From the NCBI GenBank assembly GCA_951406725.2, contig OX597828.1, positions 68,386,001 to 68,450,000 on the forward strand: a stretch of DNA of 64,000 nucleotides, given 5' to 3'. The translations under genes were made by a program, and so were the position numbers. This document shows positions 28,363 to 41,300 of the stretch, piece by piece. Position 1 is the stretch's first letter, and every line of letters begins with the position of its first letter. The notes under the pieces were generated by a model. The model was not told the origin of the DNA, did not search any database, and worked only from the letters and a program-made list of their open reading frames with translations. Origin of the DNA: Octopus vulgaris (taxonomy: Eukaryota).

Positions 28363-30117
28363 CAGAAGAGAAGCCACTGGAACTGGAACTGGAACCAGAC
28401 ATCCTGGAGGATGATGTGTTATGGGCAATGAAACAGCTGGCCAACCAAAAAGCCCCAGGTACTGATGGTATTCCACTAGAATTACTCAAGCCAATACCAA
28501 CAAAAACACTAACATCGCTTTGCCAACGAATATGGAGAACCTGTAAGTGGCCAAGGGAATGGAAGAGGTCAGTTTTCATCCCAATACCAAAGAAAAGAGA
28601 TATCAAGGACTGCGCAAACTATCGTACCATCACCCTGATCCCCCATGTAAGCAAAATTCTCCTTAAAATCATCCAGAAGCATCTGAACACAACTATTGAG
28701 AGAGAATTGCCAGAGGTGCAAGCTGATTTCAGAAAGGGAAGAGGTACCCGCGATCACATCGCCAACCTACGGTGGATTATGGAAAAGGCAAGAGAATACC
28801 AAAAGAAGCTGTACATGTGTTTCATCGATTACTCCAAAGCCTTTGACAGCATTGATCATGACAAGTTATGGAAATGTCTGGAGGAAATGGGAACACCTTT
28901 ACACCTTGTCCAGCTTATTAGATCACTCTATCAAAATCAAGAGGCTACAGTACGGACACCATATGGCGACACTGGTTGGTTTGAGATTGGAAAAGGCACC
29001 TGGCAAGGTTGCATCCTGTCACCAGCAGCCTTCAACATGTACACTGAAAAGGTCATGAGGAATGCAGGCCTGGAGGATAATAGCATTGGAGTGAAGATTG
29101 GAGGAAGAAATATTAATAACCTTCGCTATGCAGATGATACAACCCTGCTGGCGGAGAGTGGTAAGGATCTGGAGGATCTTGTCCTGCTGGTCAAGAAAGA
29201 GAGTGAGAAATTTGGGCTGTACCTCAATGTTAAGAAAACGAAGATCATGTCAACAGCAGCCACAACAAACATCAGCTTCAAGATCGATAATGAAGAGATT
29301 GAAGTGGTTGATGATTTCATCTTCCTTGGCTCCAAAATAAATCGAGATGGTGACTGCACTCCAGAAATAAGACGGTGGATAGTACTAGACAGAGAGGCAA
29401 TGGTCAGCATGAGCAGGGTCTGGAAGAGTAGAGACATCAGACTCGCTACCAAAAGCAGATTGGTGAATGCAATTGTCTTCCCAATAGCAACATATGGATG
29501 TGAGACCTGGACACTAAAGAAAGCTGACCAGAAGAGAATTAATGCATTCGAGCTTTGGTGTTGGAGAAGACTTTTGCGGATTCCATTGACAGCGAGGCTC
29601 ACCAATGGAGAAGTTCTTAAGCAGATAAGGCCGAAAATGTCGCTAGAAGCTAGGATCACCAAGCATAGATTGGCATATTTTGGTTATATTACGCGGAGAA
29701 AATCCCTGGAGGACATCATGCTTGGAATGGTCAGTGGCAAGAGAGGAAGAGGCCGACCAAGAACCCGCTGGCTTGACACCATCAAGAGTGATACTGGAAT
29801 GGACATTCACCAATGGAGAAGTTCTTAAGCAGATAAGGCCGAAAATGTCGCTAGAAGCTAGGATCACCAAGCATAGATTGGCATATTTTGGTTATATTAC
29901 GCGGAGAAAATCCCTGGAGGACATCATGCTCGGAATGGTCAGTGGCAAGAGAGGAAGAGGCTGACCAAGAACCCGCTGGCTTGACACCATCAGGAGTGAT
30001 ACCGGAATGGACATGGCCAATCTGAAAGAAGTGGCCCAGGATAGAACTGACTGGAGGACACTGATCCAACGAGTGACCGAGATTCGACTTCAACAGAGCG
30101 GATAGAGAGAGAGAGAG
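28363..30117 (+). mobile_element. 5'-truncated RTE-clade (BovB-like) LINE with reverse transcriptase ORF, inserted in a SINE
   Basis: ORF 28329-29828 has KAPGTDGIP, WKRSVFIPIPKK, QADFRKGRGTRD, FIDYSKAFD, QGCILSP, LRYADD and AFELWCWRRLL; ends in a (GA)n tail; splits the SINE 3' end gccccttgtggg|tagtaaagaaataggt. Confidence 0.93.
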
Positions 30118-30662
30118 TAGTAAAGAAATAGGTGTCATTGTAGTCATTGGTAACAAGACTACCAAGGTACACAAATTCTTTTATGTTTTTGATATTTTCA
30201 TTGTTTATTGTTATACAATCTTGTTCACTGTTTGTTATGCTTTTAGCTATTTTTGTTACTTTTGTTTCTGGGGAGTTTAGACGAAGCCCAGTTTCAGTAC
30301 TTGCATCGTTCCCTCTGCATACTTCATATTTATGATAGAAAGAACTAATGAGCAGGTTCTTCACAAGAGAAATTGCTAGGAAGCACTGTTAAATACTACC
30401 ATGAAAAGAAAATAGAACTTCAGTGGTCATATACTTAGAAGACAAGACCTTGACAAGTCTCTATTAACAGATGCAGCATATGGCAAAAGAACAAGAAGAC
30501 CTGAAACCAGATTTAGTGATAATATCAAAGAAGCTTGTGGTGGAAGTTGTGCAGAACTGTACAGACTGGCACAGAACAAACATGAGTGGAAGGGTGTGGT
30601 GGCTCAATTATTTGAGCCAGCTGTCTAGAGAAATATATATATATATATATATATATACATAC

Positions 30663-30692
<30 letters not shown>

Positions 30693-30696
<4 letters not shown>

Positions 30697-31160
30697 TGAA
30701 CACCTTACTTCCCTGGGCACGGATACATTGAAACTCCGACATCTGGCAGCTGACTTGGCAGACACCCATAAAATTATTAATCATCTTACAAACAATAACT
30801 CTGAGCACCTTTTCCAACTCCACCTGTCTAACACCCGTGGACATGTTTACAAAGTCAGAAAACGGCACAGCTCCCATGACTTTCGGAAACATTTTTTCAC
30901 ACTAAGAGTTGCTGAAGCATGGAACAGACTGCCGGCATCAGTTGTTAGTTGTCGGAGCACTGCATCCTTCAAAACTTCCATGCTTCCTGAGATTCGCCAA
31001 CACTACATCTGATTTTCTCTCCTCCATACACACGCAAGCATGTATCTGATTCATACATTGTTCGCTTTCCAGATATTTTTACATTACTGCATATATTTTA
31101 TACGCACTTTTGACAAGTTTTGGTGCACCTGAGCACTGTATACAATAATTTCATTATTAT
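30693..31160 (+). mobile_element. CR1-clade LINE 3' end
   Basis: TRGHVYKVRK...FRKHFFTLRVAEAWNRLPASVV..SFK is the typical CR1 ORF2 C-terminus, followed by a 3'UTR ending ttcattattat. Confidence 0.85.
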
Positions 31161-32057
31161 ATATATCAGTATGTATATGTATTTATACAGACAAGTTTGT
31201 AAAATTCATCCCTACTAGCATTTCAGTGAATTCATCAGTCAGTTAAAGTTACCAAGTAAAGTTAACTCAACAAAAGTGACGTCCTATCGGATCCTTGCTA
31301 TTTTATAAAAAGATTTATTCTTGTTTTTCTTTTTAATCATTATCGTATTTTTTTATTGGTTTCAGTCTACGGCTTTGCTTGTGGGTACCACTGTTTCATA
31401 TTTCTGAAGATTTTTTAGTTGTTCCCTAGACTGTGTGGTGACATTTAGACCCCTACCAAGTAAATAAGGTTTAATTTTTGTATTGGGAGATAATAAAATT
31501 TGATAAAATAAGCTTATATGGTTGTTACCATTTCACCTTTGGTTAGTTCCAATTCTGCAGAATTATGATCGAAGTTGTTCTAAACATGAGCAACGCTTCT
31601 TTTTTTCAGGGGTATTGCATCTTTGAATACATTAGCTAATGTATCCTTGCAATTTTTAAAATGGTATGGTTTTGTTTCAGGGAAATTTGGCTATTCTTTT
31701 TAGCAGGTTGAATGACTACCTCATTGATGGGATGACCAGAAGCCTGAACGTGCAGTACAACACAGTTTTCTCCCTTCAACTTTGTTAAGTGTGGGGTGAA
31801 ACGGCTGTGAACAGAATACACGAATTATATTTGATTTTAGACGACAACAAGAACAATAGGAACCGTAACAAGCATTTCTTTATTTGCCATCACAATGTTT
31901 TCTTTTAGTGTCAACAGGGCAGCAGATGGGGGACTACAGAACAAGAGTCAACTGAGAGAGAGAAATTCATGTGAAAGCCATTTATGGCTGACACACTGAA
32001 CAAAAGACAGAAGTTCAAAATCGGATTTAAGTTGTGCAGAACTAATTCTAACCTTAA

Positions 32058-32278
32058 CCCTTTTGTTACTGTATTTATTTTGAGAATCTCTGTGTTTCTT
32101 TCAATTAATTCAAATATAACCAAGAATTTAGTAAAACAACTTAGTTATCATTAAGCTGGTTTTAGGAACATAAATTGTGACTAAGGTTTGGTGGAAGATT
32201 TTAATTCAAAACTTATGGAAACAAGACATTTGTATTACAGAGCCAGAGGTGGTTTCAGCCGGGTTGGTAACGGAAGGG
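32058..32278 (-). mobile_element. piggyBac-type MITE, second copy in opposite orientation
   Basis: TTAA|CCCTTTTGTTAC...GTAACGGAAGGG|TTAA; interior is the reverse complement of 20164-20367. Confidence 0.85.
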
Positions 32279-32579
32279 TTAAAGTAATAAAACAAGAGGT
32301 TGGCATCAATTATGGAAAAATGGCACATGATATGAAATTAATGAAACTTGATTGAGTCAAAATAGCTCAGCATAAAATATTCTTAATAGCTTCTTCACAA
32401 TCTGCATTTAAAGAGGAAAAAATGATTGAAATTAGCCATTGCTTATTCTACCTTATTTTAGGCATCATTTTCTGTAACTTAAAAATGATCAAATTAGACA
32501 TTAGTGTGGGAAAAAATTGACTTGGAATCCAATGGAGAAAAGAATATTGATTGTTAAACACCAAAAATTATCCAGATAT

Positions 32580-32850
32580 AATAATAATAATAAACATTGT
32601 GTACAGTGCTCAGGTGCACTACAACTCATCTAAAGTGCATATATAATCAGGTGTAGTTTCGACGGATTTCGGAAAGCATGAGGGCCTTAAAGGATGCAGT
32701 GTCATGGCAGTCAACAACTGACGCAGGCAGTTTATTCCACGCTTCAGCAACTCTGAGCGTGAAGAAATGTTTCCGAAAGTCATGGGAGCTGTGTTGTTTT
32801 CTGACTTTGTAGGCATGTCCACGTGTGTTGGACACATGGAGATCAAAAAT
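32580..32850 (-). mobile_element. CR1-clade LINE 3' fragment
   Basis: NTRGHAYKVRKQHSSHDFRKHFFTLRVAEAWNKLPASVV on the minus strand. Confidence 0.8.
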
Positions 32851-33453
32851 TTTATTAGCAACTTCAATTTGATCAAAGTTGGGGAAGAATTTCTTGAAAA
32901 AAGTATCTGTCACCTGACTCCATTCCAAACTCTCTTCACTTCAACAACAGCAACGATGCTGACCAATTTTAACTTCTAAAAATGATGCAACAGTATAAAA
33001 TGATGATGCAGTCCTTGCAATATAATGGTTTCAAACAGGTAGGGAGAGAATAACGAGATATCAGAAATGACTAATTTTGCTACAGTTACTAATTTTGTGT
33101 CCCCCACCATATAAACGGACAAGGATGCTGACTGACACAAAGCTGTGAAAAAGAGAAATAGTGGTGTAATAAATAAGAATTGATAAACTAAGTAGTCTAC
33201 AGTGACTGCAGCTATGTTAGGATTGCTGTTGAAAATGGGGAGGAGATCGAAGCAAATCATGCAGATAGAATTATTACAGACAAGAATGAGACCCCTCTGT
33301 GCACTGGCAGATATCTCAGACCCTTCCTAAAGAAACAAGTGGGCTGTAGGATATGAAAATGAATAAAAACAACACAAATGATAGGAAAATTGGGTGTGAT
33401 AAAGAAGAACATAAACATCTAAAACACTACATCAAGACCTTCGACTCTACTCA

Positions 33454-33663
33454 CAATTTGCAGCATGGAAGGTGTTTATAAGCCATTTAAGAAACACACA
33501 AAAACTGTTAGATTCACTTCAACATTTAAATTTTGTCAGTGAACAGGTGGCAGTCTCAAAGCGACAAAAATATTTTGACAGATTAATTTTAAATGTTGAA
33601 GTGAATCTAATGGTTTTGTGTGTTTCTTAAATGGCTTTATAAATGCATTCCACACTGCAATTG
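33454..33663. repeat. Hairpin repeat (~85-bp arms) with a hammerhead-like loop
   Basis: Arms 33454-33538 and 33576-33663 are reverse complements; a partial arm of this family occurs at 2388-2445. Confidence 0.7.
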
Positions 33664-33712
33664 TTTAATGATTAATTGTGGTTGAAAAAATGCAGAGGAG
33701 ACAAATCTGGAA

Positions 33713-33749
33713 TCTCTCTATATATAAATGGCAAAATGTGTGTGTATGC

Positions 33750-33781
<32 letters not shown>

Positions 33782-34107
33782 CCTTTATACAAATCCACAT
33801 TTTTTTCAGTTAGAGGGCTTGCACTTTCTATGGTCATTAAAAACCGTCCAAGGGTGGTCGTGCACATCTTTACATTTCCCCAGTCACCCCGCAAAGCCAT
33901 TAAAAAATCAATAGAAGTGACTTTTTTGAGAATTTTCTATCCAAAACCCAATCAAAATGCCTGAAACTTGATACACCAATTGAATGCCAGCTAGCTGTAT
34001 GTGATTGGTCGGAGATTTGGACAGTTCTCGCGTGTATGTGCACACGCACGCAGCTGTATATACATGCACTAGCACTATGACCTGGCGTTGCTGGCTCATA
34101 GTGCTAG
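33713..34107 (+). mobile_element. Non-autonomous Helitron-like element, copy 3
   Basis: a|TCTCTCTATATATAAA...gtgCTAG|t. Confidence 0.8.
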
Positions 34108-34710
34108 TATGGATTAAATAGCAGAATGTAGTCCGTGGAGTGGGGAGTGAGTGCGATATTTGGTAGAGAATAGAAGACCTTCATCAGCAATGACATGGGT
34201 AACAAACCATATTTGAACTCAACATCTGCTGGACAGGAATTTTTTTTTGTGTTGAAGCCTTGTTGTTGTTTTACTTAAGCAAACCACTTTTTTGGCAATT
34301 GGCACGTCTCACTTTGTTGCCAAAGAAAGCAAGGAAAAAGCTTCTAATATGTGCTGTACTTTTATATTCTCAATTATTAGAATTATAAAAGAAATATTTG
34401 TTTTTGAAGAAGGATCGGAAGAAATGTCAGTGAAAAAAAAATACAAACAAAATGGTTTGAGTGGGGGCGGCAGGGGAGAGAACAATACAAAAATGGAATA
34501 CAAAACAAAAAGAAAGAAAAAAAACCCAATTAAGTGGTCCTTTTTGCCATGAAATAAATCCTTTTATAAACAAAATGATGGAAAGATGTGTCGACAGAAG
34601 GTGAAATGATTAATAATTACAGCTTAATTGAAAAACGTCAATAAAACAGTCACGTTGTTACTTTTTCTTATTATAACGCCATTATTACTATTATTATTAT
34701 TATTATTATT

Positions 34711-34744
<34 letters not shown>

Positions 34745-34969
34745 TTTTTTTTTTTTTTATTATGTTGAGATTCTTGCCTACAACTTCTTTCTGTCTTTTT
34801 CTCCCATGTCTTTCGAACCACCCCCACTTTCTACATACGCACACACCCACACATACACTTATAGCACTGACCAACAGTGGTAGCAGCAACAGCAACAACA
34901 ACAATAACAATAGCAGCAGCAGCAGCATTAACATAATCATTCCACTCATCATAATTGTTATCATTATTG

Positions 34970-35003
<34 letters not shown>

Positions 35004-35112
35004 GTTATCAATGATCACATGATGATGATGATGATGATGATGATATCAGTCAAAAAGGCTTGACATGAATAGACACACATATGTATGTGTGCATGAAGTG
35101 TGTACCTATATG

Positions 35113-35149
<37 letters not shown>

Positions 35150-35194
35150 ATGTGTGTATACATATATTTATACACACATATACACAAATATAAG

Positions 35195-35225
<31 letters not shown>

Positions 35226-35226
35226 T

Positions 35227-35263
<37 letters not shown>

Positions 35264-35384
35264 CATATATAAGTATATTTATATATATATATATATCTTA
35301 TCAAACTGCTGATCTCGGTGCAGACTGGAGGAGATATCAACTGAGAACGTTCACAAGTGAAGTATTAATTATTCCTCGTTAATC

Positions 35385-35528
35385 ATGAGGAGGATCGTGT
35401 TTTTAGCTTTCTTGGCCCTCCTTGGCCTTCAGCAGACCGTTTCCTCTCTTAAAATTGGTTCATTTAACATACAAGCTTTTGGTTTAAAGAAACTGGGCAA
35501 TGACACCATCATGACAGTCATCAAGAAA
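35385..35528 (+). CDS. DNASE1: DNase I-like exon 1 (signal peptide + N-terminus)
   Basis: ATG...AAGAAA|gtaagc; [48 protein letters not shown]. Confidence 0.93.
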
Positions 35529-38326
35529 GTAAGCAGTTTTGCTTTTCTAACTTCTTTTGGACTTTTCACATAATTCTCTTTGATTTTTCTGCTTTTTAAA
35601 CTATTTTTGTAAGTCTAAACCATAGTTTTTTTTTGCTGTCCAGCCAGGTCAACCTTGGCATTGAGTAAATGAATGATTAGTGACCATTTCATGGATTTCT
35701 CCTAGGAATAGAATAACTAGGACTGCATTATCTAATGTGTCCCTTGAAAAAAAAAAGATGGTAGGGTGTGATTTGAGGGTGATTTGACTGCTATGTCTAG
35801 CAGTTCCAATGACACTACAGAGGCTCCTAAGCCAGTTTATCAGAATCTTTGTTGTTATTGTCTTCCTTAGACTCCTCCAACAGGTCGAGGTGAAGCTGAT
35901 CAAAGGCTTTCTAGCCATGACCATCTCATCGGTGATTTGAGAGAGAGTTGAGCTTGATATTTCTAGCAGAACAAATAATCACAAAGTTTGTGTCTTTGAT
36001 TTTTATTTCTCTGCAGAAGTTGTTGCTGTTTAACCCAAGGACAATCTTTTGCCGTACAGATTGCACACTTACGTTTGGCCAATAGACCTATTTTTCAGAT
36101 GTAATGTGCCTATAAGTTAACTCCTTTATGTAACGTGTCCTGTTTCCCTAAAGCTAGAAACATAGGATTTCAAGGAGATTTGACTGCTATTTCTATTTCC
36201 CAAGCTGAAATTATGATATAGAAACACTCACTCTGCTTCAGGTCATGGAAATCAAACAAAAATTTAAACAATCTTCTACAATTTTATCCATGGTACTTAC
36301 TAAATAAATGGGGGTATATACCTTTGCTAGGTGGATTGCTAGCTTATTTCAGCTTTAAAGAATGGAAATTCCTTAAATTGAAAAACTTCAATAAAATAGT
36401 CATGTTGTTACTTTTTCTTATTATAACTCCATTACCATCATCATCATCATTATTATTATTATTATTATAAATTATTATTATTATTCAGTGGGACTGAACC
36501 CAGAACCATGTGGTTCGTAAGCAAGCTACTTACCACACAGCCACTCCTGGTATGAAAGTATTATAATTGGTGTCTATCTGTTATAATTAGTGTTCATGTG
36601 TTAAAAGAGAGAAAGACATAGTGTTTAGTTGCTGAAACGGATGTTAGTCAGGGATGTGTCCTGTCTCCAGTCCTCTTCAGTTTTGTCAATTGAGAATGAC
36701 ACAAGCTGACTTGGAACAATAACAGGATGTATAATAATTTATTATTATTATTTTTTATTATGTAAATGGGAGATGGGCCTTAATATATTTAAGACTTACA
36801 TAGTGGGCTACAAACCCTATAGCTAAGACAGATGTAGTGGGCCTCAGCAACCCACTGTGAGAACCGGTGTCAGGTCAGGTAATGTATAGGGCCATGCACT
36901 GTTGTAGCACATCACTGCATCCACCATTTGTTGGCATTTGCTTGCTTCTTCCAAGGCAATTCCCAGAGTAGTGTCTTAGTCAGTTCTCATCTCTGTGAGA
37001 TACTTTCTCATCTGCCATGACCCTATGACATGTGGTCAACCAGTGCAAGCCATCAGCCTAAGTGGTTCCTCAGAGAAGCAAACATGGATACACAGGATCT
37101 AACTCAGAAAACTGAGCAACATAACAGTCTGAGCTGATGCTCCCAAATCATACAAGCAACAGGATATATCCCTGTTATTAATTGGATACGAAATCCGACC
37201 AAGGGTAACCCATAATCCTGCAAAACATCCTGATACCAAAAGAGTTCAGGCAGCTCCCAAGGGAATCACACAGTGTCCAAATCTCACAAGATAGGGAGGA
37301 CCAAAGACCCGAACACCTGAACCTTTGACCTCCTGCTCAGATGTTGGCAGCATCAAACATTTTATCCCAGGGATTCCACAACTGCACCAGCACTTCCAAG
37401 TCATACATCCTGTTATTGTTCCAAGTCAGCTTGTGTCATTCTCAATTGACAAGCCTAAGAGGACTGGAGACAGGACACATCCCTGACTAACATCCGTTTT
37501 AACAATGAAACACTATGTCTTTCTCTCTTTTAACACATGCACACTAATTATAACAGATAGACACCAATTATAATACTTACATACCAATTATAGCTTTTAT
37601 GTATAGGAGTGGCTGTGTGGTAAGTAGCTTGCTTACCAACCACATGGTTCCGGGTTCAGTCCCACTGCGAGGCACCTTGGGTAAGTGTCTTCTACTATAG
37701 CCTTGGGTTGACCAAAGCCTTGTGAGTGGATTTGGTAGACGGAAACTGTAAGAAGCCCATCGTATATATGTATATATGTATATGCGTGTGTATATGTTTG
37801 TGTGTCTGTGTTTGTCCCCCCAACATCGCTTGACAACCGATGCTGGTGTGTATAGGTCCCCATAACTTAGCGGTTCGGCAAAAGAAACCGATAGAATAAG
37901 TACTAGGCTTCTAAAGAATAAGTCCTGGGGTCGATTTGCTCGACTAAAGGCGGTGCTCCAGTATGGCCACAGTCACATGACTGAAACAAGTAAAAGAGTA
38001 AAGAGTATTATGTTTACTAAATTTTTCTGCTGTTCTATAACTTCTGATGATATTCCCCAAATGTATAATTATTCTGTGAAAAACTTTCTGTAGTTGAAAG
38101 TGTTCGTCTCTTTGCTTGAAATTTGGTGAAATCTGGATTGTTGTTCTCTTAGAATTATGTCAACTGTTCTGTTTAAAGCAGTCACAGAAAACATTTTGTC
38201 GGTCATTGCAAGCAGAAAGAAAGAGTTTCTCTCCAGTTTCTTTTATTTGTTTTGATAGGTTTTACAGTCCGTATTGTTTTTCACTCCTCTGGTAAGAAAA
38301 ATAAATAAAAATTCAACAACAATGTG

Positions 38327-38357
<31 letters not shown>

Positions 38358-41300
38358 GCACGTGCACACACACAGAAGCGCGTGCACACACACACACACA
38401 CATACAAGTGCACACACACACACACACACGCGCACAAACAAGATCTTATCTGTACAGCCGTAATGAATGTATCCTGTCAACATGAAGAATAGTCATTAAA
38501 TGTATTTTCGTCTTTTGACATTTTCAGATCATCAAACGATATGACATCATTTTGCTGCAGGAAATCAGAGATTCTTCCCAACAATTACTTCCTTCTTTAA
38601 TTGCCAAACTGAATTAGTAAGTCAAATTAATGATTAAATACAGAGGTTTACATTTATTGTACTTTAAACTCTGCCAGATCAAGATTGGAGCCTGGTGCAG
38701 CCATCTGGTTCGCCAGCTCTCAGTCATTTGTCCAACCCATGCTAGCATGAAAAGCAGACGTTAAACGATGATGATGATGATGATGATGAATTTGTTAGTG
38801 ATGGGATTGTTGATTGCAGTTTTCCAACAGACAAATCCTTGGTTTACTATTTAAACAAACTTTGAAAGACGACTTGAAAGACGGCAAGCTGGCAGACACG
38901 TTAGCGCACTGGGCGCAATGCTGAGCAGTATTTCTTCTGCCGTTACATTCTGAGTTCAAATTCCGCTGAGGTTGAATTTGCCTTTCATCCTTTTGGGGGT
39001 CAATGAATAAAGTACCAGTTACGCACTGGAGTCTATGTAATCGACTTAAACCCTTTGTCTGTCCTTGTTTGTCCCCTCTGTGTGTAGCCCCTTGTGGGCA
39101 ATAAAGAAGCATATTTAAACAAACTTTACCGAGTTTCAGACACACTTAACTGATGGTATTTTCACAGATGTTTATATCATCATCATCACCACCACCACCA
39201 CCACCACCACCACCATCATCATCATCGTTTAACGTCCGTTTTCCATGCTAGCATGGGTTGGACGATTTTGACTGAGGGCTGGCGAACCAGATGGCTGCAC
39301 CAGGCTCCAATCTTGATCTGGCAGTGTTTCTACAGCTGGATGCCCTTCCTAATGCCAACCACTCTGTGAGTGTAGTGGGTGCTCTTTGCTGAGAATAAGT
39401 TTGTATTTTGCATGCATGTCTTTGACAAGGTCCTCATGATGGTGTCACTCACAATGGAAATTGAGGTGATTGACACAATTCTGAAGGAATATTAAGCAGT
39501 GTCATTAGCAAAGATTAATCTGGACAAGTAGGTTGGTATCTGAAGAAACAAGTCCATGTTGTTGTGTCATGAGGCACTGGAAAGTAAAGTTTCTTAGGGT
39601 CTGATTTGGTCCAGATTTCTATTGATAGTGTCACTTGGGTGATGTGTGTTGTTGCTGGCTGTTGTGGTCCCTGGTTGAGTTGGTGAATGGAAATATGTTC
39701 CTTGGGCTGTATGTTCCTTGGGCTGTATGTTCCTTGGGCTGTATGTTCCTTGGGCTGTATGTTCCTTGGGCTGTATGTTCCTTGGGCTGTATATAACCTA
39801 ACAACAATCACAAACATTTAACAGAAGAATTTTATTATCGCACATAAAGACAAACTGCATTGGCTTTTTTACAGATATCAACAACAATAATTACACACTG
39901 GGAGAAAGATACAGCTTGCATTTACGGTAAGCTGTTGATATGGCAACATGTGGCTAGCTCCACTGAACTGGAAACAATTGTGCTATAACCATGGCACTGG
40001 AGATTCCTGTTATCTATCTGCACCATCTCTCTTAGCTACCTTGCTGGGTTTCTGGATGTAAAAATGTGTGATGTCTGGTGTAGCAAAAATGTTGACACAT
40101 CATTCAGCTGTCTCAGTATTCTGCAATTAATTATTGTCAAAAGCAGCCAGTATAAGAAGAAGATTCTAGAAGATTAAATCATGCCACAGTTTGACACTGA
40201 TTGGTTGCTTAATTGACCAATCATGTGAAACTATTGTGTTTTGGTCTTGATGTCTAACCAGCTACTCAGTGGTTTGGTTTCAAATAGCCACTACAATAGC
40301 AACAAAGATGAAGTTACAAGCAGAGTGGTTAATCTCATACAGAAAGGAATCAAAAGGAAGCCATCTCTGAAAGGAAGCTGGGCAGAAGTGGGGACTGCAA
40401 GTATCCCTTCTGTCATATATCATTGTTTGATTGTTGTGACTTACCCTAATTTTTATCTGCACTTTGACTTCTTGTAGAAAGGACTTGTTTAACCATTTAC
40501 AATAACCATTTGATATTTATTGTAGAAAGGATGATGATGATGATGATGATGATGATTGGATTAGTGGTGGGGAAGAGTGAAGATGTCTTTGGAAGAATGC
40601 TGGGAACTGATTAAAATTTTCTGGTTACTCTTTTCTGGAGAACTTGTGGCCTGGAGCCTCTGGATGACTTCTAGAAATCCTTGCTCTGGCTTTCAATCCA
40701 TGCCAAACTGTATTGACCCAGATATGCTGTTTGGAAGACCTGTCTGAAATGAGTGTAGAGTGATGAAACCATTCTGCATGCACTTGGCCAGTGTCCAGTG
40801 GAATTTTGTTGAATAGTTGCTGCTGCATGTTGGACAGATTTGGCTATTAGCTGAGTCCATCATGAAGACTGTCTGCCATCTTCCTCTATCTGGGAAGGGT
40901 GGACAGTCTTTATCTGTTTGATGGCAATGGTATCTCTAGTTGGCTGTGTCTTGTATTTAAGGTGGTGAGCTGACAGAATTGTCAGTAGTTGGGCAAAAGG
41001 ATTAGCAGCATTTGGTCTGTTTTACATTCAAAGTTTAAATTCCACCAGAGTTGATTGTACCTTTCATCTTTTTGGAGTTGATAAAATAAGTACCAGTTGA
41101 GTATTGGGGTCGATGTATTTGACTTATCCATTCCCTTGAAATTGCTGGCCTTGTGCCTAGATTTGAAACCAGTTTATAAACATATTAAGGCAGCAAGTGG
41201 ATGGAATCATTAGCAGACCAGGAAAAATGCTTAGCAGCATTTTGTCCATCCTCAGATTCTGAGTTCAAATTCTGCCAAGGTCAACTTTGCTTTTCATCTT

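Noticed and set aside
29126-29662. 178-aa minus-strand ORF
   Set aside because: Antisense shadow of the RTE reverse transcriptase.
39695-39790. CRISPR-like array
   Set aside because: The repeats are contiguous with no spacers, the context is eukaryotic, and there are no cas genes.
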